A stretch of DNA of 64,000 nucleotides from Octopus vulgaris (taxonomy: Eukaryota), in contig OX597818.1 in NCBI GenBank assembly GCA_951406725.2, positions 82,460,001 to 82,524,000 on the forward strand. Reading direction: 5' to 3'. Each line of letters starts with the position of its first letter. Within the stretch, counting starts at the first letter, position 1. The notes under the pieces were generated by a model, which worked only from the letters and a program-made list of their open reading frames with translations, did not search any database and was not told the origin of the DNA. Shown piece by piece: positions 14,251 to 27,345 of this stretch. Position numbers and translations under genes: made by a program.

Positions 14251-14395
14251 ATTATTTAAATCACATAATGTCTAAATATGTGCACATGAGAATGTGTATA
14301 TTAAAGATGTAGTTTTCGTATGCCTATGTGCATGTACGTGTGCGTATGTTCCTGCGCATGTGAATGCTTATGTCTCCTGGGTGTGTGGGTTTGTT

Positions 14396-14448
<53 letters not shown>

Positions 14449-14589
14449 TGATAAATAAATATATATATATACACACATATATACATATATATGTATATAT
14501 ATATGTATGTATATATATATATATTTATATATATATTATTGTATATATATGTATATATATATATATTTATGTATATATATGTATGTATG

Positions 14590-14660
<71 letters not shown>

Positions 14661-14954
14661 GTATACATACATATATATATATGTATACATACATATATAT
14701 ATATGTGTATATATATATATATGTATGTATATATATATACATATATATATATATGGATGTCGGTGCACGCATAAACGCACGATCACCCTCCCACACCCAC
14801 TGATGAATGAAATTCCTGTGCAGAAACGTTCTCGGGCGCGCACACAGACACATACAAGCATGCACACACACACATATACATATATTTAAATATATATACT
14901 TATATTCATGTATTTATATACCTGTATGCATGTAATATATACCTGTATGCATGT

Positions 14955-14998
<44 letters not shown>

Positions 14999-15045
14999 CA
15001 TACATAAATATTTAAGTATTTAAGCGTATGCATACACATACGTAC

Positions 15046-15118
<73 letters not shown>

Positions 15119-15559
15119 TGCATATATATATATATATGTGAGTGGAAGCACATGTGTATGTACATCCCTGTCCATGAACGTGTGTGTTTATACTATTGTG
15201 TGTGCGTACGTGTGTGTGTGTGTATTTTTGTGTATGTGTAGCCTATGCCTACGTATACTTATGGATGCGTACGTCTAACTAGAGGTATGCGTAATGGTGT
15301 ATGTAGGATGCAGGTTGTTGGATGAGGGAGGATAGAAATGATGCGGAAGAGAGTGATGGCGGTGGTGGGTTTATAGAATGGGACTCAAAATTAACTTATG
15401 AACACAGTAAAAGCATTAAAAGCTGTTGATAATGGTTGGGGAGATATTGAGAACGGTGTAGTTAAGTGGCGTGTTGGAGTGGGACATTATTCTATCGCAG
15501 TGGGTAATGGTTGTTTATAGCTTGAAGTAACGTTGGTGGTGTTGTGGTGGTGTTTAAGG

Positions 15560-16620
15560 TAAATTAATATGGTGGCGTTCTGGTGATGCTACTGTATGGG
15601 TTGAGGTATTGATGGTGGTAGTTTGGTGGTGATGGTGGTTGCGGCGGTAGTGGTGGTGGTGATGTTGGTGGTTGCAGCGGGGTGGTAGTAGTGGTTGCCT
15701 TAGTAATGGTGATGGTGGTGATGGAGGTTGCGGTGGTAGTGTCAGTGGTTATTGTGATGGTGGTGGTAGTAGTAGTGATGGTGATGGTCGTGATAGTGGT
15801 GATACTGGTGGTGGTAGTAATGGTTGTCTTGGTGATGGTGAAGCTGGTAGTGACGATGGTGGTGATGGTAGTTGCGATTGTAGTGATGATGGTGATGGTA
15901 GTAGTGACTGTATAGGTGATGATGGTAGTAGTGATGGTGGTTGTGATGGTGGTAATGAAGTTGGTGGTAATGGCGGTGGTGTTGGTGACGGTGGTGGTAA
16001 TGTTGGTGATGGTGGTGGTGGTAATGATGGAGGTGTAAGTGGTGGTGTGAATTTTGGCGATGACGGTAGTAGTCACGTTGGTGGTGCTCATAGTGGTGTT
16101 GGTAATAGTAGTGATAGTGGTGGTGGCGGTGATGAGGTAGTGTCAGTGAGAATTGTGAGAATGTGTAAAGATGGTGATGATGGGTGCGGTGACAGTGTGG
16201 GCGGAGACAGTGGGCGCGGCGACGGAGGTATTTTTGTTGTTGTTGTTGATGTTGTCGTTGTTGCTGATGTTGTTGTTGTTGTTGTTGGTGGTGGTGGTGT
16301 CACTTGTGGTGAGTACGAGCGAGAGACGTGTACCGAATGTGTAATACTCGTGGTGGTGGTGGTTGTATTGTTATTGTTAGTGTTTTGATGTTATTTTTTG
16401 TTGTTGTTTGTGGTGGTGGTGGCAGTGGTAGTGGTGGTGGCGGTGGTGACCAAGGGCGTGATCTTCACTGTCGATGCGTCGATGTCGGTGTCAGCAATGA
16501 CAGTGTTGTTTCTCATTTTAATGATAGTGGGTAGGGTGAAGATGACAAAGAAATAATGGTCCAAGTTGGATGTGGAGGTAATGGTGGTGGTTCAGATGGC
16601 AACACTGGGGGTGAGTAATA
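15560..16620. repeat. (GGT/GAT/GTT)n low-complexity tract
   Basis: Read directly. Gives spurious Gly-, Thr- and Val-rich ORFs. Confidence 0.9.
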
Positions 16621-17416
16621 ATGTTTACCTATTATGATAGTTGTTGTGTTGTTTGTATACTTGTTGATTCTAGTGAAGACTCTTGTCTATTGCATTCATA
16701 ATGCAGATGTTGTTGTTGAAGTTGTTCTTTTCATCATCATCGCCGTCGTCGTCGTTGTTCTTTAAACACAGGTCAATACTTATGCTGGAGATCTTTGATC
16801 AAAGATATTTTTTTTGCTATTTGCAACACTCCTATATTTATTCACTTCAGATATAGTTTATGTATAAACCTACTTTAGGAAGATTGCACAGTGATATTTC
16901 AGTGAGATGTTACTGCTATTTCAAGCATGATATGTGTGATCGTGTCTCCACATGAGCTCAACAGTGTTGTATTGTTCTGGTTCGTGCTTTTCTTAGGCCT
17001 TGGCCTGATTGATCAGACTTATTTCGAAAGCTATTCCAGTCGTGACAATCCCTTCCTTTCTTCAGCAATGATATTGTTTGGTGTATATTACCGTAGGATA
17101 TATGGTTTTAGGAAGAAGTTTCAGCTATTTCTAATATTTTCATCTAAGGTCTAACCCATTGGTTTGCTTTTTGATTTGTGCATGGTACTATTATTTACTC
17201 AAGTCAAGTTTGATTGTGAAGACATGTAGCAGAAGGCACGCCAGTCATGACGATCTCCTTTTCGGCTTAACTAGGTTTATTTTACGGAATGACTGAAGCG
17301 TGGAAAGCATATATTAAGTCACTGAAAAACACACTGTTAACTACACGAAAAACATTTATTTGGTTTAAAACGTTTGGTAATAAACGTTTTTGTCTTCCAC
17401 ATAGTATTCGTTTTAT

Positions 17417-20352
17417 TTCATAACCCCTAAAACACATCCAAACAGGAGCATCACCACCCAAACAAATAAATAATATCCAGTTAAATAATAATCCAGAATA
17501 TGGGGATAAAAATATATCCAGCAAAAATAGAAAATAAGAAAAAGGATCTGTCAGTCCTTATTGAAACTAGTAGTCAATCAACACTAAGCAACGAGAAGAG
17601 AAGAAAAATACTATGTAAATACAAAATTACAGAACAACTTATACCTGAGATAAAGGAACAGCTAAAATAATATATTGAAACTAGTAGTCAATCAACACTA
17701 AGCAACGAGAAGAGAAGAAAAATACTATGTAAATACAAAATTACAGAACAACTTATACCTGAGATAAAGGAACAGCTAAAATAATATATCCTCACCAAAG
17801 CACAAAAGATCCGTCACTATGAGATACGCCAACGCTTCTTTGAACAAAGTAAGCCGTTCAACTCCAACCCCAAAAGATTCTACCAAGAACTTGGGGAAAA
17901 TAAAATAGAGATCGATGCAACACCAACAGCAGGAGTGGAAGAATTTTGGAAAGAAATATAGTCGGCGAAGGAACAACCTCAGCAAAGATCAATCAAAATA
18001 ACGAACACAGCACCTAAACGACTCTGGACCCCTATAACAACTGAAGAGGTCACCCAGGCACGGCACAAACTTAGCAACTTAAAGGCACCCGGGCACGACA
18101 AGATCCCAACTTCTGGTTGAAATAACTGACCGGAACACATACAAAGTTGGCTGAGAAATTTAGTGAAGTACTAGCAGAGCCAGAGACGATACCTGAATGG
18201 CTCACGGAAAGGAAAACTATCCTAATTCCCAAATCCACTGAAACGGCAAACCCACAAAATTACAGACCGATAACTATCTCCCTTACAGCAATAATATCGC
18301 AGAGAATAAGGAAACATCCGGAAGAAAACAACCTGTTTCCAGAAGAGCAGATGGGATGCTGCAAGGGCTCATAAAGAGCTTGTAAAGATCGGCTACAAAT
18401 AATAAAGCCATAACTGAAGACAGCCGCTGAAGCAAGAAGGGTTTAAGTATGGGCTGGATCGATTACCGAAAGTCTTTTGATAGTATTCCCCACACATGGA
18501 TCCTAGAAACACTAGCCATAAACAAGGTAGCACCAATAATCATAAAATATATAAAACTTTCCATGAATATATGGCAGACAGTGCTGCAGCTCCAGACAAT
18601 AGAGGGACTCATAAAAACCAAAGCCATCCCCATTAGAAGGGGAATATTCCAGGGAGACACGCTATCTCCACTTATTTTCTGCTTGGGACTCACACCTTTA
18701 TCTGGCATGTTAAACAGAACTGAATGTGGATACAATTGTTACGGCAAAGCAATTAGCCACATCTTATATATGGATTATCTAAAATTGTACGCTACAAATG
18801 ATAAACATCTGGAAACATTACTTCAGACAGTACGTGGATTTACCAAAGAAGTAAACATAAAATTTGGCTTTGAAAAATATGTCAAAGCAACCTTGAAAAC
18901 AGGAAAACTATTTTAGAGTAGCAATATCACACTAGAGAAAGCAAATGAAATAAGAGAATTAGACCAAAGCCAGACATACAAGTACTTAGAAATCAATGTA
19001 CTAGATATGATACAGCGCACACAAATGAAAGGGAAGATAAGAAAGGAATACTATAGACGAGTCAGATTAATACTGAAAACAGAACTCAATACAAAAAAGC
19101 AAGATAATAGGTATCAACATTGTAGCCGTACCAGGTATAAGATACAGCTACAATATTCTTAACTGGTCTCTAAATGAACTATTCAAAATAGACTGGAAAA
19201 CAAGAAAAATAATGCCGGGGTTTAGGATGCACCACCCAAAATCTGACAAAGAAAGGTTATGCATACAACATATCGAGTGGTAGAGGACTTATGCAGCCAG
19301 CAAACTATTACAAAATAACCACCATAGGACTACATAAATACCTACTTCAGAAGCATATGAAACTAATACAAATAGCCACAAAACACGAACAAAACAAAAA
19401 CTACTTCCAATCTTTAAGGAAGCTGACAAATACAAAAAAGAAGTGATAGTAGCTAACAACTATGAAGAGAAAGAAGAAACAAAAAAAGCTGTAAAACAAA
19501 TTAAATCCAAGTAAAACTGGAACAGCAACGGATCATGATAATACGATGGCGAAAAAAGCCTCTTCATTGCAAATACTGTGTTAAAATAAACAGATAAGAA
19601 ATTGACAAAACAAAATACCAACAATGGCTGCGAAGCTCAGGATTTAAAGCAGTGACTCAGGGACTTTTAATTGCAGCACAAGATCAAAGCCTTCCAACCA
19701 GAAGTTAATAAAACATGTAATGAAAAGAAATATAACAAGTAACTGCAGAATATGTGGAGATGGACAAGAAACAATAAATCATGCAGTCTCTGTCTGTCCA
19801 GTCCTGGCTAAGAAGGAATATATTCACAGACACGACAGGTTTGGGACCTACATACACTAGAAACTACGCCAACACTATGGAATAACAACAGATAAAAGAT
19901 TGTATAGGCACACGCCAGAAAAGATCACAGAAAATGAGAAAACAACAATACTGTGGAATATGCCAATACACACCTATAGAGAAATTAAGGCCAATAGGCC
20001 CGATCACCAAGAAGAAAAAAATGCTTTCTAATCGATGTATCAATACCAACAGATGACAATGTTTCTCTAAAAGACATAGAGAAACTTTCAGAACTCAAAG
20101 ATATGGAAATAGAGATAACACGAGTGTAGAGTGAAGAAACAGAAATAATTCCTATCATAGTAAGCGTATTAGGTATAATAAAAAATATTCAGATAAATAT
20201 CCAACAAAAACACCGGTACTAACAAGTATGTATAACATACAAAAAATAGAACTACTACACACTGTATATATCCTACAAACCACACTACTTGCCCAGGGCA
20301 CACACAGCTGCGCTCGGTAGTGCGGTGAAAGTACGTGATAAATATAAGACTA
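17417..20352 (+). mobile_element. R4/Dong-like RLE non-LTR retrotransposon, 5'-truncated and degenerate, ending in (TAA)n
   Basis: RT motifs NYRPIT, WIDYRKSFDSIPH, RGIFQGDTLSPL, HILYMDYLKLY. CCHC knuckle CRICGDGQETINHAVSVC, RHD, RLE motif LWNMPI...ANRPD...LIDVSIP. Many stops and frameshifts. Confidence 0.92.
17559..17786 (+). repeat. Perfect 114-bp tandem duplication inside the retrotransposon
   Basis: 17559-17672 equals 17673-17786. Confidence 0.95.
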
Positions 20353-20426
<74 letters not shown>

Positions 20427-21325
20427 GCAAACAAGCTGATGTCGACCAGAAACACACGCACCAATGGTTACGAAGCTCAGGGCTAAAAGCAGAGAGTGAA
20501 GGTTTCATATTAGCTGCTCAAGACCAAAGCTTATTAACCCGGAACTACCAAGCCAATGTGATAAAAATGGTGCTGACCCAAAATGCCGATTCTGTAACGA
20601 TGAGATTGAAATAATAGACCACCTAATCTCAGGATGTAGAGTCTTAGCCCCTGTAGAATATAAAGCAAGACATGACAGAGTCGGCCAGTATTTACATTGG
20701 ACAATATGTCGGCATTATAAAATCAAAACCGCTGACAAATGGTATAAACATCATTCTGAAGCTGTGACTGAGGGAGAAAATGTGTCGATGCTATGGGACT
20801 TCCCCGTGCAGACCTATAAGACTATAAAAGCTAATAAACCGGATATTATTATAAAAGATCAGACAAAAAGGATGTGTTTATTAGTTGAAATGAGTATTCC
20901 CTGTGATCACAATATATCGGCGAAAGAATTTGACAAGATTAGTAAATATAAAGACTTGCTAATAGAAATTGAAAAGAATGTGGCATCTCAAGGCGACTAC
21001 AGTACCAGTGATTGTAGGATCTCTAGGAATGATAAAAAAAAAGGTACTGAAACCTATTTGAAAATGATTCCAGGCTTACCATCCCTACAGGGAGTGCAAA
21101 AAATCGTATTAACTGGAACGGCTCATGTACTGAGAAGAGCACTATCGCTGTGAAAATAACATCCATCCATGAATTTATTTATTTATTAATTTTTAAATAT
21201 ATATTTTATCTGTGAATTTGCGCGTGTAATCTGGGAATGCATACAATGCCCTTCTCTGCCCTAGGTGCACAGAAAACACTCGGCGAGAAACGGAAGAAAA
21301 TTTGAAGAAAGAAGGAAAAAATATA
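20427..21325 (+). mobile_element. Second R4/Dong-like subfamily 3' fragment (CCHC + RLE + 3'UTR) in the same (TAA)n array
   Basis: QWLRSSGLKAESEGFILAAQDQ, CRFCNDEIEIIDHLISGC, RHD, LWDFPVQT...ANKPDIII...LVEMSIP. Flanked by (TAA)n on both sides. Confidence 0.92.
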
Positions 21326-21342
21326 ATAATAATAATAATATG

Positions 21343-21462
21343 GCTTACGGCCATATCACGTTGAAAGCACCGGTTCTCGTCCGATCACCGAAGTTAAGCA
21401 ACGTCGAGCCTAGTTAGTGCTTAGATGGGTGACCGCTTGGGAAACCTAGGTGCTGTAAGCGT
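21343..21462 (+). rRNA. 5S rRNA: 5S rRNA gene copy (solitary; possibly a pseudogene)
   Basis: GCTTACGGCCATATCACGTTGAAAGCACCGGTTCTCGTCCGATCACCGAAGTTAAGC...GATGGGTGACCGCTTGGGAAACCTAGGTGCTGTAAGC. Helix I pairs. T5 terminator at 21469-21473. Loop E reads AGTG and box C reads TAGATGG, both differing from the usual AGTA/TGGATGG. Confidence 0.93.
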
Positions 21463-21477
21463 CACACATTTTTGTAA

Positions 21478-21853
21478 GCGCAGGAGTGGCTGCGTGGTTC
21501 CGGGTTCAGTCCCACTGCGTGGCACCTTGGGCAAGTGTCTTCTGTTATAGCCTCGGGCCGACCAAAGCCTTGTGAGTGGATTTGGTAAACGGACACTGAA
21601 TGAAGACCGTCGTATATATATATATCTATATGTATATACATGTATGTGCTTGTTGTTTGTGCCTCTGTTTGTTCCCCCACCATCGCTTGACAACCGATGC
21701 TGGTGTGTCTACAGCCCCCACACTTAGCGGTTCGGCAAAAAGAGACCGATAGAATAAGTACTAGGCTTACAAAGAATAAGTCCTGGGGACGATTTTATTC
21801 GACTAAAGGTGTTGTTCCAGTATGACCGGAATCAAATGACTGAAACTAGTAAA

Positions 21854-21858
<5 letters not shown>
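21478..21858 (+). mobile_element. SINE family A with ~27-bp deletion in the tRNA-like head
   Basis: gcgcaggagtggctgcgtggt|tccgggttcagtccc...ccttgggcaagtgtcttc...tail. Compare the intact head at 37057. Confidence 0.9.
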
Positions 21859-21906
<48 letters not shown>

Positions 21907-21907
<1 letters not shown>

Positions 21908-22097
21908 GTTTCAAATTTTGTCACAAGGGCAGAAAAATTTGAGGAGGGGACTAGTTTCACTTGTACGTAATTTATCGACTTCAAAAGGATGAAAAACGAA
22001 GTCGGCTTCATCGGGTTTTGAACTCAGATCCTAGTTGCAGACAAAACAGCGTTAAGCATATCACCCGGTATGCTAACGAACCTGCTAGCTCACCACC
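21907..22097 (-). mobile_element. SINE family B (tRNA head, ttcatcctttcggggtcgataaa core, (ATT)n tail)
   Basis: Reverse complement matches the family B copies at 46900 and 59120. Confidence 0.75.
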
Positions 22098-22853
22098 TTT
22101 TGATAAGAATAATAATGAGGAGTAAGAGGAGGAGGAGAAGGCAGATTAGGACGATGACGATAATGATGATGTTATGACGTCGACGACAACGACGACTCTT
22201 TCCCATGCACAATGCACTGTTGTACATCAAGAAACTCCCTTTGTTTCTTCTAAGTCTGTAATACGCAATTAGGGGGATATTTAGTTGCTGGAAGTAGCAG
22301 AAATGAGCAATGAACAAATACACTGGCTCTCTTGTCGGCTTGTTAATGTTCTCTTTGTTCTCGATCTACATTTTTCTGTTGGCTACTTTACATAGAATCA
22401 CTAGAGTCATTTCTACAGTTGTTATTCAAAAACACATGTACCAGTGTGAAACTAACAGGATATAACTAAAATGACCAACCGAAACTCTAAATGTGAAACC
22501 GACCGCTCAGATAATCGTCATAAGAAAAGGGTGTGGAGAAACGAAAAATATTCTATTGAACAATTTGATCAACCAATGGAAGTTGGTGCAATAGATACAG
22601 ACAATCAACTTAGTTAAATTTCTGATTCAAATTTCTTATCACCCATTGGTTTAGATTTAGGAAGCATTGTTGTAATTTTATAGCTTTTGTGTGAAGAAAA
22701 ATAATGTAACAACCTACCTACATATATCACAATACATACATTACTATTGTCTGTCTGGTTGTGTATCTCTCTACATGTTTCCCTCTTTATGCATGTATAT
22801 AATTATCTATCTATCTATCTATCTTTCTATCTATCTATCTATTTATCTGTCTG

Positions 22854-22906
<53 letters not shown>

Positions 22907-23168
22907 TTATCTATCTATGTATCTATTTATCTATCTATCGATCTGTCTGTCCGCCTTCCTGTCCGTCTGTATATATAAATATATGTGTGTGTATGTGTAT
23001 ATTGTGTGTATATGTATATTGTATATACATATATGTGTGTGTATGTGTATATTGTGTGCATATATACACAGAACTATTTGGCTTCTAGCGTTTCTCTGTA
23101 TAGAATTTTATCTCTCTCTCCCTCTCTCACTGTTGTCTCTCCGGCTATCTCTGCCCCCTCTCTCCATC

Positions 23169-23231
<63 letters not shown>

Positions 23232-23816
23232 CTATATATATTTATCATCTGTATTTATATCTGTGTATGTATATATATATCTCTCTCAGTTTCTCTCTTA
23301 CTCTCCCTTTCTCTCTCTCTCACTCTCTCTCTCTCTCTCGCTCTCTCTCTCTCTGTCTCTGTGACTCTCATCCGTTCCCCTATATATCTATATGTCAACA
23401 TATCGATGTGTTTTTAGATCTTTCCGTCTATTTCTCTATTCATTTGTCTCCTCCTCTCTCATATACATCCACACTCTCTGTATCATTGTTTGAATTTGTG
23501 AATATACCACACTTTCTTTTACGTTTCTATCGATCTTCTAATTTATTTAAATGTACACCCAGTTATCTAACTTCTTCAAACCCACCCCAAAACATAGCCG
23601 TATATTCACGTTTATATCCAAATATAAGTAGCTGTCAAACAATGAGAGCGAATAATATAATTACTTCGATAAACCAAATTCTCTCTTTCTCTCTTTCTTT
23701 CTAACACAGCATTTTCTAGTGAATATAAAGAATATTTCATTGATATACGTATATGTATGTATGTATGTATGGATGTATGTATGTATGTATGTATGTATGT
23801 ATGTATGTATGTATGA

Positions 23817-24490
23817 ATTCCATTATTCAGTTTTATTTCAAGATTTCTTGCTAAGAGAAGAGCCGGTTTCTAACCTAGATCCAAGGCTCCTTCATGGGAA
23901 CTTCAACATCAACAAGCGGGTATATTTGTATGTATAGTTTTACGTACAGATTTATATGTTTTTCTATGTATGTATTCTCATGCATATAGTTGCATATCTA
24001 TACATGCTCATATATACTTAAATGATAAACTTCTGGAAAGTTTTACAGGTTCTTACAGTTCCATTGATGGCTTGGATCTGTAGTCTTCGAATCAACATTA
24101 TCAATTCTGGTTTTGAGAAGCTTAATTTCTCAAGATTGGTACTTTGGCATTGTGTTACATATCAAAGTGTCCCAATAATTACAGACATAAACGTGAACTT
24201 GTAATCTGGACTGAGTAACTGTAGATTTCTCAATAGTTCAGTGTAGGTATTCTCTTTTTCACTTCCCTTTAGCTTTACGTTAACATCCGCTGGACAGCTG
24301 ATTTCCACAACTGTACACAGTTTCTCTTCTCTATACGAAATCGTTATCAGGTCTATTGTGTTTACATTTTATTGAGATTTTCACTGAGACATTTCAATGG
24401 GACGTTCCACCACTACTCCTTTTTATTTTGAGTAGTTATGGCTTCTACTATACACTGAGTTCTTATTTCTTTGGTCACGGTGTTATCCTA
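23817..24490 (-). mobile_element. RLE non-LTR retrotransposon 3' fragment (third family), flanked by (TACA)n
   Basis: Minus strand WWNVP...KCKHNRPD...CTVVEISCPADVNVKLKGSEKENTY...VIIGTL; 3' end aaataaaactgaataatg followed by (CATA)n. Confidence 0.85.
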
Positions 24491-24829
24491 TGTATGTATT
24501 TATGCATGTATCTATGTATTATGTATTTATGTATGTATGTATCTTCTATTTTCATTATAAATCTTCCACTGAGGAGGGAATGTATATATGAATGTAAGCG
24601 CCGGGCCATAGAAATACTCGGATTGGTGTTTGAGGGCGCAGTAAACGTACTGGGAGTGAGAGACTCATGGTTTTTGTGATTGCATCCTCCTAGCAGAAAG
24701 CTAACACATATGTAAAACCTGCTCCTCCATTGAGCCGTATATCTTGTACTTCACGAGTTTCTGGGGTTTTTGATGGTCTTTGTAGTTTGTGCAAGCCGCG
24801 CTCATGCACAGGTATTACTTAGCACGTCT

Positions 24830-25195
24830 GTCATTATTCAGTTTTATTTCAAGATTCCGGTCCCCCCACCAAAAGAGCCGCTTTCTAAACTGGATCCAAG
24901 ATTCCTACTTTGGAACAAATTCCTACATGAACAAAGTATTTTTGTTTCGCATTTTTGTGTGTATGTGTGCAGTTTGAGGAGTCAGTGTATGCGTAGATTT
25001 TCATGTTTTGTTTTATGTATGTATTCTCATGCATATAGCAGCATGTCCAGACATGCGCGTATATACTTGAATGATAAACTTCTGGAAGGCATTACAAATG
25101 TATACAGTTCCATTGATGACTTGGAATCTGTAGCTTTCGAATCAGCTTTCTCGTTCTGGTTTTGTGGAGCCCGATTGCTCAAGACTGGTACTTAT
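24830..25195 (-). mobile_element. Related RLE retrotransposon 3' fragment
   Basis: Paralogous to 23820-24145 (cattattcagttttatttcaagatt; gtattctcatgcatatag; aatgataaacttctggaa). Confidence 0.8.
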
Positions 25196-26164
25196 GTATG
25201 TATGTAATTATGTATGTATGTATGTATGTATGTATGTATTTATTTATGTGTGTATGTGTCTGTATGTATTTATGTGTGTGTGTCTGTATATTTACAGTTA
25301 GGTCAGGCTTCGTGCTACTGCCAATATATAACCCAGTACAATCTCTTGCACGGTCTGGCAGTGACGACTAAACTGACACCCCAGTGAAAGAAGCTGGGTA
25401 AAGAGTGTGTATTTCGTTGGACACCCTGCAGCACTAAATACAAAGCCTGTCAAAGACGGAATAAATCATCAAAGTCAAATGCCAAATGCCATTCAACAAC
25501 CGAATAAGAGGCTCACCTAGTCTTTCTTTACACATCTCTCTAGAGACAGGAAATTCCAAAATAGAGACCGCCTCATTGCAAAGCGGGAGGTTATGCTCTA
25601 GTTTGCATCTGGACTATTTTGCTTTACTAGCGAGAGTCTTAGCAAAGTTTTTTAAGGTGTTATTGACTTCACATTTCGGCACGGGAATTACCGACCACTA
25701 TTCCTTTTAACCTCTGAGATCAGAAGATTTTTGAGAAAAGGTCATAATCGTCTAAGAATCAACAGCCATCATGTATCTATATATGTGTATGCATATATAT
25801 ATCATTGATCATAAACTATCTTGGTTTCCATTAGGTAGCTGATGACGGATATATATAAGGTTGACGCGCTTCTTGGTTGTATACGTTTTGTAACTCGGAT
25901 TCTCATGGAGTTTCATTAAAATTCTAATTCTAGTAGGCTTAAGCTTATTCAGATTTTCTTGGCTTCTTGGTTTATGGTAGTTTTCTCGTTTATATTATAA
26001 CATACGGTATTGCTTGAAGATCATTTATGGGGATTTTCATTCTGATAAGGGTAATACGTCTTTTTTTATGGTTTCCTAGATTATTGAGGTTTTGTTGTGT
26101 ATGTCTGTCTGTCTGTCTATCTAACTATACCTATCAATGTATATCAATATCAACACACACACAC

Positions 26165-26219
<55 letters not shown>

Positions 26220-26427
26220 TACATATGTGCATGTATATGCATACACACATACTCACAAGCACAAACACAGACACATCATGTATGTATATATACGTACATT
26301 GACACACGGACTCAAAGACACGCACACAAACAAACACACACATATACACTCCTATATATAAGTATGTATATATATATATATATATATATATAAATATATA
26401 TATATATACACGTATGTAGATAGATAT

Positions 26428-26471
<44 letters not shown>

Positions 26472-26571
26472 ATAGACAGATAGACAGGTAGACAGATAGA
26501 TAGATATAGATAGATAGATAGACAGATAGACAGATAGACAGACAGATAAATAGATAGATAGTTAGACAGAC

Positions 26572-26638
<67 letters not shown>

Positions 26639-26770
26639 CAGATAGACAGATAGACAGACAGATAGATAGATCGATAAATAGGTAGATATATATAGATAGA
26701 TCGATCGATAGATAGATAGATATGATGGACTCCAATAAACTAAACTTTCTTTGTTAGTCATAACGCTTAC

Positions 26771-26893
26771 GGCGATGCGACAACTAAGCTCAGCCAACGA
26801 TTTGCAAAGAAGCTCGCAGATGTCACAAGTATTAAGATTATGGGTCAGTTCGAGCGGTATATTTGTAGCCGCTAATATATTTGACATGAACAC
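26771..26893 (-). CDS. Candidate internal coding exon (123 nt, phase 0-0)
   Basis: Acceptor cacgtttag|, donor |gtaagc. Open frame [41 protein letters not shown]; unique sequence between microsatellites. Confidence 0.5.
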
Positions 26894-27094
26894 CTAAACG
26901 TGGCACGACAAATACCATTGTGTTCGCTCCAAGTTTGTTTGCTCAAAGGTATTGTGAGTTATATATATATATGTGGATGTTTGCGTGTGTGTGTATATAT
27001 ATATATATGTTCACAGTTCAACTTTCCGATCATGTAGAATTAAGTTCGCAAGTCCTTAGATGCAATCCTGTGTAAATCCATGTAGGTTAATGTC

Positions 27095-27345
27095 CTAATA
27101 TACATTATTTACGTTATTTACATTTGACGGATATTTGTCCTCTCCTTGTTTATTGTAATTATCTTGTCATTAATTATGTCTGCAATAATAATAATAATAA
27201 TAATAACAATAACATCGAAAAATACGTTCGAAATTTCCCCAAGACACCTGCTGAAGGTTGGAGGGTATATCAGCCGAAACTTTGAGTTAACAACAAAAAA
27301 AATGAGAACAAATATCTGTCAAATGTAAATATTGTAAATAACGTA
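27095..27345 (+). mobile_element. Foldback PLE-type element with hammerhead-like motif
   Basis: Inverted arms tttacatttgacggatatttgt / acaaatatctgtcaaatgtaaa. At 27243-27288: acacCTGCTGAAGGTTG...CAGCCGAAAC. Confidence 0.6.

Noticed and set aside
15564-16388. Gly-rich (238 aa) and Thr-rich mucin-like ORFs
   Set aside because: Degenerate (GGT)n tract open in several frames on both strands; no splice or domain support.
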